Assembly: GCA_038087875.1 (NCBI GenBank) | Contig: CM075989.1 | Coordinates: 15,192,001 to 15,252,000, forward strand | Length of the DNA stretch: 60,000 nucleotides | Source of the DNA: Malacoraja senta | Taxonomy: Eukaryota | Direction: 5' to 3' | Shown: piece after piece, positions 1 through 11,659 of the stretch | Layout: each line of letters begins with the position of its first letter | Numbering within the stretch: position 1 is the first letter of the stretch | Notes under the pieces: model-generated | Told to the model about the DNA's origin: nothing | Database searches by the model: none | The model's input: only the letters and a program-made list of their open reading frames with translations | Made by a program: the position numbers and the translations under genes

Positions 1-1606
1 TTTGGGCCAAGGACCCATAATATAATTATTTGCCTCTGTACTCCACAATTTGATATTTGTAATATTAAAAAATCACATGTGGTTAAAGTGCACCTTGTCA
101 GATTTTAATAAAGGCAATTTTTATACATTTTGGGTTCACCATGTAGAAATTACAGCAGCGTTTATACATTTCAGGGCACCATAATGTTTGGGACACAGCA
201 ATGTCATGTAAATGAAAGTAGTCATGTTTAGTATTTTGTTGCATATCCTTTGCATGCAATGACTACTTGAAGTCTGCGATTCATGGCCATCACCAGTTGC
301 TGGGTGTCTTCTCTGGTGATGCTCTGCCAGGCCTGTATTGCAACCATCTTTAGCTTATGCTTGTTTTGGGGGCTAGTCCCCTTCAGTTTTCTCTTCAGCA
401 TACAAAAGACATGCTCAATTGGGTTCAGATCGGGTGATTGACTTGGCCACTCATGAATTGACCATATTTTAGCTTTGAAAAACCCCTTTGTTGCTTTAGC
501 AGTATGTTTGGGATCATTGTCTTGCTGTAGAATGAACCGCCGGCCAATGAGTTTTGAGGCATTTGTTTGAACTCGAGCAGATAGGATGTGTTTATCCACT
601 TCAGAATTCATTTTGCTACTACCATCAGCAGTTGTATCATTAATGAAGATAAGCGAGCCAGTATCTTCAGCAGCCATACATGCCCAGGCCATAACATCCC
701 CACCACCGTGTTTCACAGATGAGGTGGTATGCTTTGGATCTTGGGCAGTTCCTTCTCTCCTCCATACTTTGTCCCATCACTCTGATATAAGTTAATCTTC
801 ATCTCATCTGTCCGCAAGACCTTTTTCCAGAACTGTGGTTGCTCTTTTAAGTACTTCTTGGCAAACTGTAACCTGGCCATCCTATTTTTGCAGCTAACCA
901 GTGGTTTGCATCTTGCAGTGTAGCCTCTGTATTTCTGTTCATGAAGTCTTCTGCGGACAGTGGTAATTGATAAATCCACACCTGAATAGTGTTTCTGATC
1001 TGTCGGACAGGTGTTTGAGGATTTTTTTTTGGTATAGAGAGAATTCTTCTGTCATCAGCTGTGGAGGTCTTCCTTGGCCTGCCAGGCCCTTTGTGATTAG
1101 TAAGGTCACCAGTGCTCTCTTTCTTCTTAATGATGTTCCAAACAGTTGATTTTGGTAAGCCTGAGGTTTGGCTGATGTCTCTAACAGTTTTATTCTTGTT
1201 TTTCAGTCTCATAATGGCTTCTTTGACTTTCATTGGCACAACTTTGGTCCTCATGTTGATAAACAGCAATAAAAGGTGATGGAAAGACTGGAGGAAAGAC
1301 AAAGTGCTGAGAGCTCTCTTATACCTGCATTAAGGAGGCAATTAAACATACACAAGCAATTACAAACACCTGTGAAGCCATGTGTCCCAAACATTATGGT
1401 TGCCTGAAATGGGGGGGACTATGTACAACACAGCTGTAATTTCTACATGGTGAAACCAAAATGTATAAAAATGGCCTTTATTCAAATCTGACAATGTGCA
1501 CTTTAACCACATGTGATTTTTTTTAAATTACAAATCTCAAATTGTGGAGTACAGAGGCAAATAAATAAATGATGGGTCTTTGCCCCAAACATTATGGAGG
1601 GCACTG
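1..1606 (-). mobile_element. Tc1-family DNA transposon (IR/DR type), inactivated; left end cut by window edge
   Basis: Bases 1-~200 are the inverted complement of ~1380-1586; right end reads ...ATTATGGAGGGCACTG followed by TA at 1607-1608; the motif CCATAATGTTTGGG occurs at both the inner (179-192, 1387-1400) and outer (1584-1597) positions of the ~220-bp TIRs. Confidence 0.93.
228..1254 (-). pseudogene. Tc1 transposase pseudogene with two frameshifts (~980 and ~765)
   Basis: Three consecutive ORF pieces give MRTKVVPMKVKEAI..GRPRKT (paired-like HTH), VLRTDE, LQQDNDPKH...WPSQSPDLNPIE with DD34E spacing, ending KGYATKY*. Confidence 0.93.
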
Positions 1607-1629
1607 TATCTACTTGTGTTGCCACTGTT

Positions 1630-2200
1630 GGGGGTTATGCACTTCATTCCCAAGATCCCTCTACACATTAACACTGTTAAAGCTTGAGCAATAATTGTAT
1701 ACTTTCCCCATACATTTGACCTCCCAAAGTCCAACACCTCACACTTGTTCAGATTAAACTACATCAGCCATTTCTCAGCCCATTTCTATACCTGATCTAG
1801 ATTCTGCTATGTATTTAGGCAGCCTTCCTCACAGTGCGCAACCCAGCCATCTTGGTGTCATCCGTAAACTTGCTAACTAACCCATCTATGCTTATTTCAA
1901 AGTCATTTATATGTATGACAAACAACAGATGTCCCAGCACCCATCTCTGTGGAACTCCACTGGTCACACAGCTCCAGCCTGAATATTTTTCCCACCACCA
2001 GTAATAAGCCAGTAGTGACCAAGTTAGTGTTAATCCCATTCATCCTAATCTTCTGGATCAATTTACAATGGGGGATTTTATCAAATGCCCAACAAAAATC
2101 CATGTAGGCAATATCCACCACCCTAACTGCATCGCTCACATAGTCACTTTCTCAAACTACTTGATCAAGTTCATAAGATACAAGCTGCTGCCTCTAATTT
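1630..2200 (-). mobile_element. Degenerate CR1-type LINE RT fragment
   Basis: Minus-strand peptides YMDFCWAFDKIPH, VTSGVPQ, SKFTDDTK with frameshifts. Confidence 0.8.
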
Positions 2201-3207
2201 ACTATCTCTTCCAAATGGGAGTAGCATTAGGCATCCTCCATAAAACTTGCTTCTCCAATTAATAAAATCATAGGTGATCTACTATGTCAGTGCCACTTTC
2301 CTGCATGCACCATATTCCTAATACTCTTACTTTCGAAAAATGTACTGTTCTCTCTAGAATGTACTCCGCATCTGAGCAACTGGAGCCCTTTTAGGTGGGA
2401 ATTCCAAAGATTCACTATCACCTGGGGAAATAAATTGCTTCTCAACTGTCATAAATGGCCAAACCCTTAGTTTGAGACTATGGCATTTGGGTTCTAGATA
2501 CCCCAGCAAAGGAAACAGATTACACATATTTGCCTTGCCTTCACATAAACACAAGCAGGTATAGGGCCAGGTATAGGGCCAGTCTGCTTTTCCTCCCTTT
2601 AACCACCTAACCTACCTTCTGCTGAAACAAGCCAGGGAACCAGTTCAGACCATACACCATTTTTTTCCAAAGGTATTTCATTAAAATTAATCTTTAACGA
2701 AAAATTATTTAGAGATTGAAGGATTAAGAAATAGAAAAATATTTATGTTTTGGAGCGATGGTAACTAAAAACAAGGATCAGATCTTTTCAAACAACCAAG
2801 AGAACAGTCAGCTTCCCAGATAAACACTGTATCCCAGCAGATACAAATATGTTTTATTTGAAACTTAAAAAAAGACCATAAAACCTGAATTAAGATTTAA
2901 AAGTTTGTGTTGCAGAAACTGCAACAGAGAAAATTTATGTAATGTGCTTGTTACATTCTGAAAATGTCCAATGTCAGTGTGTTTTAAGGTGTACAAAACA
3001 AAATTACTGGGGGAAAGCAGGTCAGGCCACAGGTTGAAATAGGAGCTGCTTGCGTATTAAATCAAAACTAAGTTTACTGCAACCAGACTACCAATGAAAT
3101 TGACAACCATAAATGCACCAAATAAAGGAACATGACATGGCTCTTAGGGAACTTTTGCTAGCCACAAAAATGCAAAAAATAGCAGCAAATCTACTTACTT
3201 TCATTGT

Positions 3208-3407
3208 NNNNNNNNNNNNNNNNNNNNNNNNNNNNNNNNNNNNNNNNNNNNNNNNNNNNNNNNNNNNNNNNNNNNNNNNNNNNNNNNNNNNNNNNNNNNN
3301 NNNNNNNNNNNNNNNNNNNNNNNNNNNNNNNNNNNNNNNNNNNNNNNNNNNNNNNNNNNNNNNNNNNNNNNNNNNNNNNNNNNNNNNNNNNNNNNNNNNN
3401 NNNNNNN
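3208..3407. other. Assembly gap (200 N)
   Basis: Run of N. Confidence 1.
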
Positions 3408-3741
3408 GCAATCAAATCCATACAAAGCCAGATTGCAGCCTGACTTCCTTCAAAAGCAAAAATAAACCAAATACACCAAAAATAAAATGTTAAAACATTA
3501 ATCATAGAGCAGGTTTTCGTGGAACTTGGATTCAAGCTCATTGGATATTGATCATAGACATAAAGACTTTGAAAATGAGTGGTGTTGATGATGAAATGTA
3601 TAAATGTATCACATTTAGACTTGTACTATACTAAATAACTAATAAGAGTGGAATTTCTTACATCATTTAAAACTGTTGGATGACAGAGAAATATGGAAAA
3701 GCAAATCCTAGCGGGTTGTACACTTTTCAATTATTATTAAC

Positions 3742-3842
3742 CCATTCCTTCTCTCCAGAGATGCTGCCTGTCCTGCTGAGCTACTCCAGCATTTTGTGTC
3801 CATCTTCCATTTAAACCAGCATCTGCAGTTCTTTCCTACACA
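3742..3842 (+). mobile_element. Short Penelope-like terminal-repeat insertion
   Basis: Same CCATTCCTTCTCTCCAGAGATGCTGCC...CAGCATCTGCAGTT repeat as in GIY-YIG-linked copies; flanked by TATTATTAAC at 3732-3741 and 3843-3852. Confidence 0.75.
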
Positions 3843-4889
3843 TATTATTAACGGGCTTCTTATTGACATAGCACATGAGATATTACAACATCCCAAGGTA
3901 CACCATGGGCATAACCAGCTAAAATTTATGCCGAGCTTCACAGAGTGATATTAAAACAGGTGCTCAGAATAAATTTCAACAAATGGAAGAAAGATGGATG
4001 GATTCAGAAGGGAATTACACAGCTTTGAGCCTGAATATTCATCATCAACAATTGAAAATTGGCAGATGAACAGAAGGCCAAAACTGAAATAATACTAATT
4101 CTTTGGGATTTCAAGAGATTGGTGCAGGAGGAAGATAGGATCTGTAAACACTGGATTTTTTTGCTTTGTTTAAAAGGAGCACTGATGGACCATAAGCCAA
4201 AGTAGGGTGGCAATATTTTCTGCAAACTATATTAGTTCGAAGTGCATCACGAGATTTGGTCTAAACATTTTCATATATTTAGACCCCTGAAAATTATGTT
4301 AAAATCCCTAAAAATATAAGATAGTAGTCATTCATTTTTAACAATAACATCAAATATTTGAAGAACAAAACCAATGGACATATTTTGCCTGTAAATAACT
4401 CATTTGTTGTAATTAAAAGTGCAGACATGTTAATATTTTCCAGATGAATCCCGTTTTCTATACAAGGGCATCATCGTTACAAGAAGTTAATAAGTTTGAC
4501 CGTAGTCATTTCTACTCCAATGAATGCTCTCGGACGCAATTTCGTTTATACGCCCTTTGACACTGTATCGGGGGAGGGGGGCTAAAGAAAACATATCAGC
4601 AATAATACCTTGGCGTTTTTACGAAAAATGCGGGGGAAAAATTAGGCAATCTCTCATGTTTCACATAAATTCGAGGATGGCAATTAAATAAAGCACATAA
4701 AGAATCTATCCATTCCTTCAACGGACCCCATAAATGTGTATCAACCCAAACAAACAAAAACACCAGTAAAATCGATGTCCCACCACACTGAAAATAAAAT
4801 ATTGTTTGCCTATGAAAGAAGTACTTACACTTAATATCATAAAACATTAGTAGCGTTAGCACCTCTTATCACCGGCAAACAATATTTTT

Positions 4890-5700
4890 ATGATATCCGG
4901 CTGAGGGGCAGGCAGGGACTTGTTTGTGAAGAAGGCCCTGGTTGTGCACACTCACCAGATTGAGTTCTTCAGCTTCTGCTGCAGTGCACTCGCCTCCGAC
5001 TCTGCCAGCCCCGGCACCAGGCTGGGCAGAGCCGCGCTGCCGTCCGGCCTGCGGGGCTGCTGCTGCTCCGACTCTCGCTCGGGCTGCTCCTCTGCCATGA
5101 TGGAGATGGTGCGGCGGGTGGACGGAGGGAGGGAGGGAGGGAGGATGAGGGAGGGAGGGAGGGAGGGAGGAGGGGGCAGGGTCTCGGCCAAGTCGAGCAA
5201 GCGAGGGCGGCGGGCGGGGGGGGGGGGACACACACGGCGACTAGGCCGCAACCTCTTGGAGCGATCAGCGCCTCCCTCCCTCCCCCCCCCCCTTGTCGCC
5301 AGACAGACAGACAGACACACTCCGCTCGGCCCCGATTCAGCGAAGCAACACGGCCCCGGCCCCGGCCCCGACCCCGACCCCGGCCCCGGCCTGTCCCCGG
5401 CTCTGGTGCATCGTGGTCCCGCTCCGAGCCGGAAGATGCTTCGGTCGCTCACGGACACCGAGATCCGACCGCTTTTGATTATTGGAATAAAATCGGAGGG
5501 GTTTGGGTTTGGGGTTGCTGTTGTTTGCGGAGTGTTACAGCCCGGGGCTGCAGTCGGGGGCCATGTACTCGGGCTGTGAGCGGAGCCCACATCAGATCAG
5601 GCGCAGACAGCAGAGCGGTGCGGGGCGCCCAACAAACAGCCAGCACAGCGCAGGCGCACACCGCCGCCAGGGGGGGCTGGGGGCTGGGGACGGGTGGGTG
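4890..5700 (-). promoter_or_regulatory. CpG island / RFX7 promoter and 5' leader
   Basis: High GC and CpG density; ETS-like CCGGAAG 5429-5435, ATTGG 5481-5485, NRF1-like GCGCAGGCGCA 5648-5658. Confidence 0.8.
4956..5098 (-). CDS. RFX7: RFX7 first coding exon (MAEEQPERESEQQQ...ALPSLVPGLAESEASALQQKLKNSI, phase-2 donor); rest of gene lies left of the window
   Basis: Peptide matches the remembered vertebrate RFX7 N-terminus (MAEEQ...ALPALVPGL..EASALQHKIKNSIC); ends TG|GTGAGT donor at 4955; lies in a CpG island; TEX9 is the neighbour as in human. Confidence 0.93.
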
Positions 5701-5704
5701 GGAG

Positions 5705-6265
5705 GGAGGGTTGTTTGGAGGGAGGGATGTTTACAGGGAGGGTGGGTTCATTATGTTCAGGCTGGGAAGGGTGGTTGTATGCAAGAGTGGTAGGACGGAT
5801 CGTTTGAGGGAGGGAGGGAGGGATGAGGGTTGGTTGAAGGAAGGGGTTGATTGCAATGTCAGAAGGAGTGTTTGTAGGATGGGGAGGGAGTGTTGGTTGG
5901 AGGGAGGGAGGGATGTTTACAGGGAGGGTGGGTTCATGTTCAGGCTGGGAAGGGTGGTTGTATGCAAGAGTGGTAGGACGGATCGTTTGAGGGAGGGAGG
6001 GAGGGATGAGGGTTGGTTGAAGGAAGGGGTTGATTGCAATGTCAGAAGGAGTGTTGTTTGTAGGATGGGGAGGGAGTGTTGGTTGGAGGGAGGGAGGGAG
6101 GGATGTTTACAGGGGGTTGGTTATGTTCAGGCTGGGAAGGGTGGTTGTATGCAAGAGTGGTAGGACGGATCGTTTGAGGGAGGGATGAGGGTTGGTTGAA
6201 GGAAGGGGTTGATTGCAATGTCAGAAGGAGTGTTGTTTGTAGGATGGGGAGGGAGTGTTCGTTGG
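5705..6265. repeat. G-rich tandem repeat, ~3 copies of ~188 bp
   Basis: Unit GGGATGTTTACAGGG...ATGTTCAGGCTGGGAAGGGTGGTTGTATGCAAGAGTGG...GGGGAGGGAGTGTT restarts near 5724, 5911, 6101. Confidence 0.9.
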
Positions 6266-6439
6266 GGAAAGGGAGGGAGTGGAGTTGGGCTGGGGAAGCA
6301 GGAGCAGGTCCTCGATGTAGCCCAGCTAGCCTGTGCAGCAGTGAGCTGTGTTGTCACACTAAAACCACAATGTGCTTCAAGACTCAAGTCGCAGAAATGG
6401 CCCATTCTGCTCTCAACGTCCTGCCAACCATTTAGTCCA

Positions 6440-7020
6440 TCAATACTATTTGACTACATTGGGACTGTATCTTTCTATTCCTTGCTTCTTTATGTGTGTT
6501 GCTACGTGCCTCATAAATGTAGTGAATGTTTCTGACTCCACCATCTCCTCTGGAAACAGATTCCAGTTATCAACCACTTGTGTGTTAAAAAAACTTTCCC
6601 CTCAAGTCCCTGTTAAGACCCCCCCCCCCCTTCTTAAAGGGTCGTCTTGATATCCCAACCATAGGGAAGAAAGGATTCTGACCATCCTTTTATAATTTTA
6701 ATTACGACTGTCAGATCTTCCCTCAGCCTCTTTTGCTCTTGGGAAAACACACACAGCCTATCCAACCTCTTTCCATAAACCAAGTCCTCCCAGCCAGGCA
6801 ACATACTGGAGTCTGCACTCTCTCCAGCACAATCCATTCAAGCAGCCAGAACTGCACAGAATACTCCAAGAGTGATTAAGCCAGTGCTTTGTAAAGTCGC
6901 AACATAATGTCCCAACTTTTAGATTCTATGCCCTGGTCTTTGGATGCAAGAATGCCATATTCCTTCTTCACCCAATAGTTCTGTGATGCCACTTTTGGGG
7001 AACTATGGACTTGAAACCAA
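6440..7020 (-). mobile_element. Old CR1-type LINE 3' fragment
   Basis: Minus-strand peptide LVYGKRLDRLCVFSQEQKRLREDLTVVIKIIKG, CR1-like C-terminus. Confidence 0.7.
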
Positions 7021-7089
7021 AATGCTGCAATGGCTCAACAGAATTGATTGTTCACATGGAAGCCTTAAAAATGAGTATAATTAAGATCC

Positions 7090-8214
7090 TCTTGGGACAA
7101 ATCTCAGTGAAATCTCAGTGAAAGGCACTTTTTCTGGACTTTTCCTGGCCTGGCATGGGCCTTTTGGGCCAAAATGCTCCTCCTGGGCTAATATAGGCAT
7201 TTTAGGCAAAATGGACTGGTTTCTCGGCTAATAGGGGCCCTGTGGGCCGAAATTAGTGGTTTCAGGCAGGCCAAACAACTCATTTCATTTCATTTCCAAT
7301 TGCATTACACAGGGCAGGCCGAATAGCTCATTGCCTTTTCATTTCACTTCCATTGTCTTTGCAGTTTCAAACACAGGGCAGGCCAAGCCAAACAGCTGAT
7401 TGCATTTTCACTTCCTTTCCATTGCCATTGCACTTTCAAGCACATGGCAGGCTCATGCCAAACAGCTCATTGCATTTTCACTACACTTCCATTGCCATTG
7501 CACTTTCAAGCACAGGGCAGGCTCAAGCCTAACAGCTGATTGCATTTTCAATTAATTTCCATTGCCATTGCACTTTCAAGCACAGGGCAGGCTCAAGCCA
7601 AACAGCTGATAGCATTTTCACTTCATTTCCATTACCATTGCACTTTCAAGCACAGGGCAGGCTCAAGCCAAACAGCTCATTGCATTTCACTTCATTTCCA
7701 TTGCCATTGCAGTTTCAAGCACAGGGCAGGCCCAAGCCAAACAGCTCATCGCATTTTCACTTCATTTCCATTGCAGTTTCAAGCACAGGGCAGGCCAAAC
7801 AACTCACTTCATTTTCATTATGGGCTAACAAATCATTTATTCAAGTACATTGCATACTCACATTGTTCTGTAGTTTCCCAGCTCAGACAGAGAGTCGTGA
7901 CCTCTCCCTCACCATCTTGCAGACAGACTAAGCCATGCCCACACTTCTGGGTTTTATAGTCCCTCCCCCTCCCACCAGAAGGGGCGTGGCCTTCATGGCG
8001 ATGATTGACAGGAGAGAGAATCTCAAGATTTTTTTTAAACACTAATAAGTCTTTTATTTTTCATCGATGGGAAAAATCTTCGGGGCCTGTGCAGCGGAGG
8101 AGGAATCTGAGTAAGATGGCCAAAAAATCACAGCCATATGTGGTACCATTTTTTCTCAAATCAAAGCACAGTGCAAACAGGAAGTGGTCAAGATGAGACT
8201 TTTAATTATATAGA
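7090..8214 (-). mobile_element. Non-autonomous Helitron-like element with internal minisatellite (3' end not found)
   Basis: Minus strand begins A|TCTATATAATTAAAAGTCTC at 8215/8214 (5'-TC after A); interrupts an old CR1; no TIR or TSD seen; CTRR 3' terminus not located. Confidence 0.5.
7265..7815. repeat. ~70-bp tandem array, ~8 copies
   Basis: CACAGGGCAGGCTCAAGCCAAACAGCTCATTGCATTTTCAC... restarts at 7372, 7441, 7511, 7581, 7651, 7720. Confidence 0.92.
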
Positions 8215-8904
8215 TGTCACAATTAGCAAAGGTACAGCATAGATATTTTCTGTCCTCCAATGGTCACAGACATCCAATCAGAAAAGCAGCCTTCCACATC
8301 TCCCTCTGTTATTTTATCACCAAGCCAATTTTAGATCCAATTTAACCAGATTCTAGGCCAGGTTACTTCATTAAATGGCTTATTGATCCCATTATGGAAT
8401 CATAAAGCACTGTGGAGGCCATTTGGTCAAACATGCCAGTCCCGCTCCTTGAAATTATGTCCATTTCGTCTGGATTGATTTGCCTTTGAGCATTTTAGAT
8501 GGACCTTGGTTGCTGATGTTTAATGCAGTTTTATGGTAATTCTGCAATATGAAATAAATGTTACCTTGTATCAAGTTAGGTGGGATCAGTGAAGATATAA
8601 CACACCCACACAAACCTTATCTACAGCTTTTATACTCAAGCAATTTTCTTCCTAATACAGTATTTTGCTGAAGTTGCAGTTTTATCGATAAAATTGCGCT
8701 CCAATGGCTCAACGGAATTGATTATCAGCATAGAGGCCTTTAGAATGAATATAATAAACTATTCAACTGCAGAGTCATCATGTCCTAACTGCAATTTTAT
8801 CTTCTAGACTTTTGTGTACAATAACAATTTGGTATTGTTCAATCAAGAAGTATTAATGAATAAACTTGTAAAGTTTATTTACAAGTTTATTCCCTTTGCC
8901 TGTG

Positions 8905-10686
8905 GCCAAAGACATCCACAGGCAAAGGATAGAAGACCACTTCAACACCGCGGACACCAGAAGCATGTGGCAGGGTGTCAGGGACATCACCGACTACAAG
9001 AGCAGCCCCGCCTGCCCCCACGGTGATATCACACTGGCCAATGAACTAAACACCTTCTTTGCCCGGTTCGAAACTGGCAACACCACCAGGAGTGCAATAA
9101 CCCCGGCCATGGCGGAGGGACAGGCCTTAACACTGAGCACCCAGGAGGTACAGTGCGCTCTGCGTAGGATCAATCCACGCAAGGCTGCAGGCCCGGATGG
9201 AGTCCAGGGAAAGGTACTAAAGGACTGTGCTGTACAGCTGGCGGAGGTATTCACGAGAATCTTCAATCTGTCTCTATCTCTGGCAACGGTCCCCAAGTGC
9301 CTGAAAACAGCCACCATAGTGCCGGTGCTGAAAAAGTCCAAAGACACCAACCTGAACGACTACCGCCCGGTTGCCCTAACTCCAATCCCAATGAAGTGCT
9401 TCGAAAGGCTGGTCTTCTCCCATATCAAATCCAGCATCCCTGCCTCACTGGACTCCCATCAATTTGCATACAGGGCAAATAGATCAACAGAGGATGCCAT
9501 CTCTCTGGCTCTTCACACTGTCCTGACTCACCTGGACAGACAGGGCACGTATGTGAGGATGCTCTTCATTGACTATAGCTCTGCATTCAATACGGTCATC
9601 CCCCCCAAGCTCACCATCAAACTCCACCAGCTAGGCCTCAGCTCGCCGATATGCGATTGGATCCTGAACTTTCTGACGGAGCGACCGCAGGCAGTGAGAC
9701 TGGGCCCGCACCTGTCCTCCACTATCACCCTGAGCACCGGCACACCACAGGGCTGTGTACTAAGCCCCATGCTCTACTCCCTCTTCACTCACGACTGTGT
9801 CCCTGCATTCGACACCAACACCATCGTGAAGTTTGCAGACGACACAACAGTGATTGGGCTGATCACCAACGGTGATGAAACAAAATACAGAGCGGAGGTG
9901 CAGAACCTGGCAGACTGGTGCGCTCATAACAACTTGTCACTAAACACCTCCAAGACCAAGGAGCTGATTATTGACTTCAGGGGGTCCCATAATGGAGAAT
10001 ACGCCCCAATCTCCATTTACAGGGAAAGTGTGGAGTGTCCAGCTTTAAGTTTCTGGGCACTCACATTTCAGAGGACCTCACATGGTCCAACAACACCGCT
10101 GCGCTGGTCAAGAAGGCACAGCAACGACTGTTCTTCCTGAGGACATTAAAAAAGACTGGTCTGCCCCAACAGCTGCTGACAACGTTCTACCGCTGCACCG
10201 CAGAGAGCATATTAACGTATGGCATCTCTGTGTGGTATTTCAGCTGCACGGAGGCGGAGAGGAGAGCTCTTCAGCGCGTCGTCCACAGAGCGCAGAGGAT
10301 CATTGGGACAGAGCTACCAGCCTTGGAGGGCATCTACCACACACGGTGCCTCAGGAAGGCCGTCAGCATCCATAAGGACTCATCACATCCTTGTAACGGA
10401 CTGTTTGAACTACTTCCCTCCGGCAGACGTTACAAGGCCTTCTACGCCCGAACCTCCAGACTCAGAAACAGCTTTATTCCAAGAGCTATAGCGGCACTGA
10501 ACCGGCCCTGCTGAGTGCCCCCCCCACCCACCCCCCGTGGACAGTCTCCCTCGGATGGTCACGTCACTCAGCTTGCTTATTTATTTATTTTACTTTTCTT
10601 GTACATCGGTGGAGCTGCATACTAAATCTCGTTGCACTGACGTGCAATGACAATAAAAGATAATATTATTATTATTATTATTATTA
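8905..10686 (+). mobile_element. Rex1/Babar-type LINE, 5'-truncated, young, one frameshift near 10030
   Basis: RT motifs KAAGPDG, NDYRPVALT, QFAYRANRSTEDA, GTPQGCVLSP, KFADD; C-terminus FELLPSGRRY; 3' UTR ends CAATGACAATAAA + (TAT)n tail. Confidence 0.92.
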
Positions 10687-10965
10687 AAAGGTTCTTTCGG
10701 GAAGAGTGTTTAATAAGATACGATTTTACAATGAGTTCTAAGGTGATATAGTTCAAATGAAATTGGAGCCTTGAATCAAAACAAAGGAAATGATCTAAAT
10801 ATGAAGGGCATGTTTTCTGTGGTTGATTAAAAAAAACTATTTGAAGTTATGACTATCAGCCCGCAATGGGTGAATTTGGAAAAATAATATGATTCACAAA
10901 AAAAACACAGGAAAACTGGCCATTCTATGGCTGACAGAAATTAATTCAAAGGAAGACTGACAAAG

Positions 10966-11197
10966 TTTTTTCACACAAAGGGTGGTGGGTGTGTGGAACA
11001 AGCTGCCAGATGAGATAATTGAGGCTGGGACTATCCCAATATTTAAGAAACAGTTGGACAGGTAGATGGATAGGACAGGTTTGGAGGGATATGGACCAAG
11101 TGCAAGCAGGTGGGACTAGTGTAGAAGGGACATGTTGGCCGGTGTGGGCAAGTTGGGCCTAAAGGCCTGTTTCCACACTGTATCACCCTATGACTCT
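10966..11197 (+). mobile_element. CR1-type LINE 3' end
   Basis: TTTTTCACACAAAGGGTGGTGGGTGTGTGGAAC...GGGCCTAAAGGCCTGTTTCC...CTATGACTCTA tail. Confidence 0.75.
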
Positions 11198-11659
11198 AAA
11201 TAGCAGTAGGCTTGAGGAATGGGCATATGTTAGAATTGAGCAAAGGAAGACCAAGAAATTAATGAAGAAATAGAGACAGGAATAAGGAAAATATGAAGAA
11301 TTAACATGGTAATATGTGTCTTTATTCATAGAAGACTAAAAAAAATAGAGATACAAGAGCATTGGAAGTCTACTGAGAACAAGGAACTGAAGGAAGTCAG
11401 TAAAATGAAGTACTAGAGAGATTGGTGAGACTAGAAGCCAATAAATCTTAAGGATTAAATGACTGAAGTCCGTATGAGGAACTGATGCAGGGGAGGAGTT
11501 AAGGCTTGGGATGGATGTACCATGACCATATTAAATGGTGAGGCAAGTTTGAGGGGCAGGTGGCCCACTCCTGCTCCTATTTCCTTGTGTGTGACTAGGA
11601 GAATAAATAAGAAGAAATCTATACAGTGTATTTAAATTCTCAGAGGATTCTCAATAGAC

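Noticed and set aside
3191..3207. Possible minus-strand splice donor next to the gap as RFX7 exon 2
   Set aside because: Adjacent bases do not match the expected KTVQSKVDCIL peptide and the rest is hidden in Ns
3088..3541. Several ORFs spanning the N run
   Set aside because: Artefacts of the 200-N assembly gap
4869..6163. Long overlapping ORFs (up to 219 aa) around the RFX7 promoter
   Set aside because: GC-rich and tandem-repeat sequence lacks stops; only the 4956-5098 segment has protein-family support
7265..7959. 70-bp array and its ORFs as CRISPR-like or repeat protein
   Set aside because: Head-to-tail units with no unique spacers, no cas genes, vertebrate context
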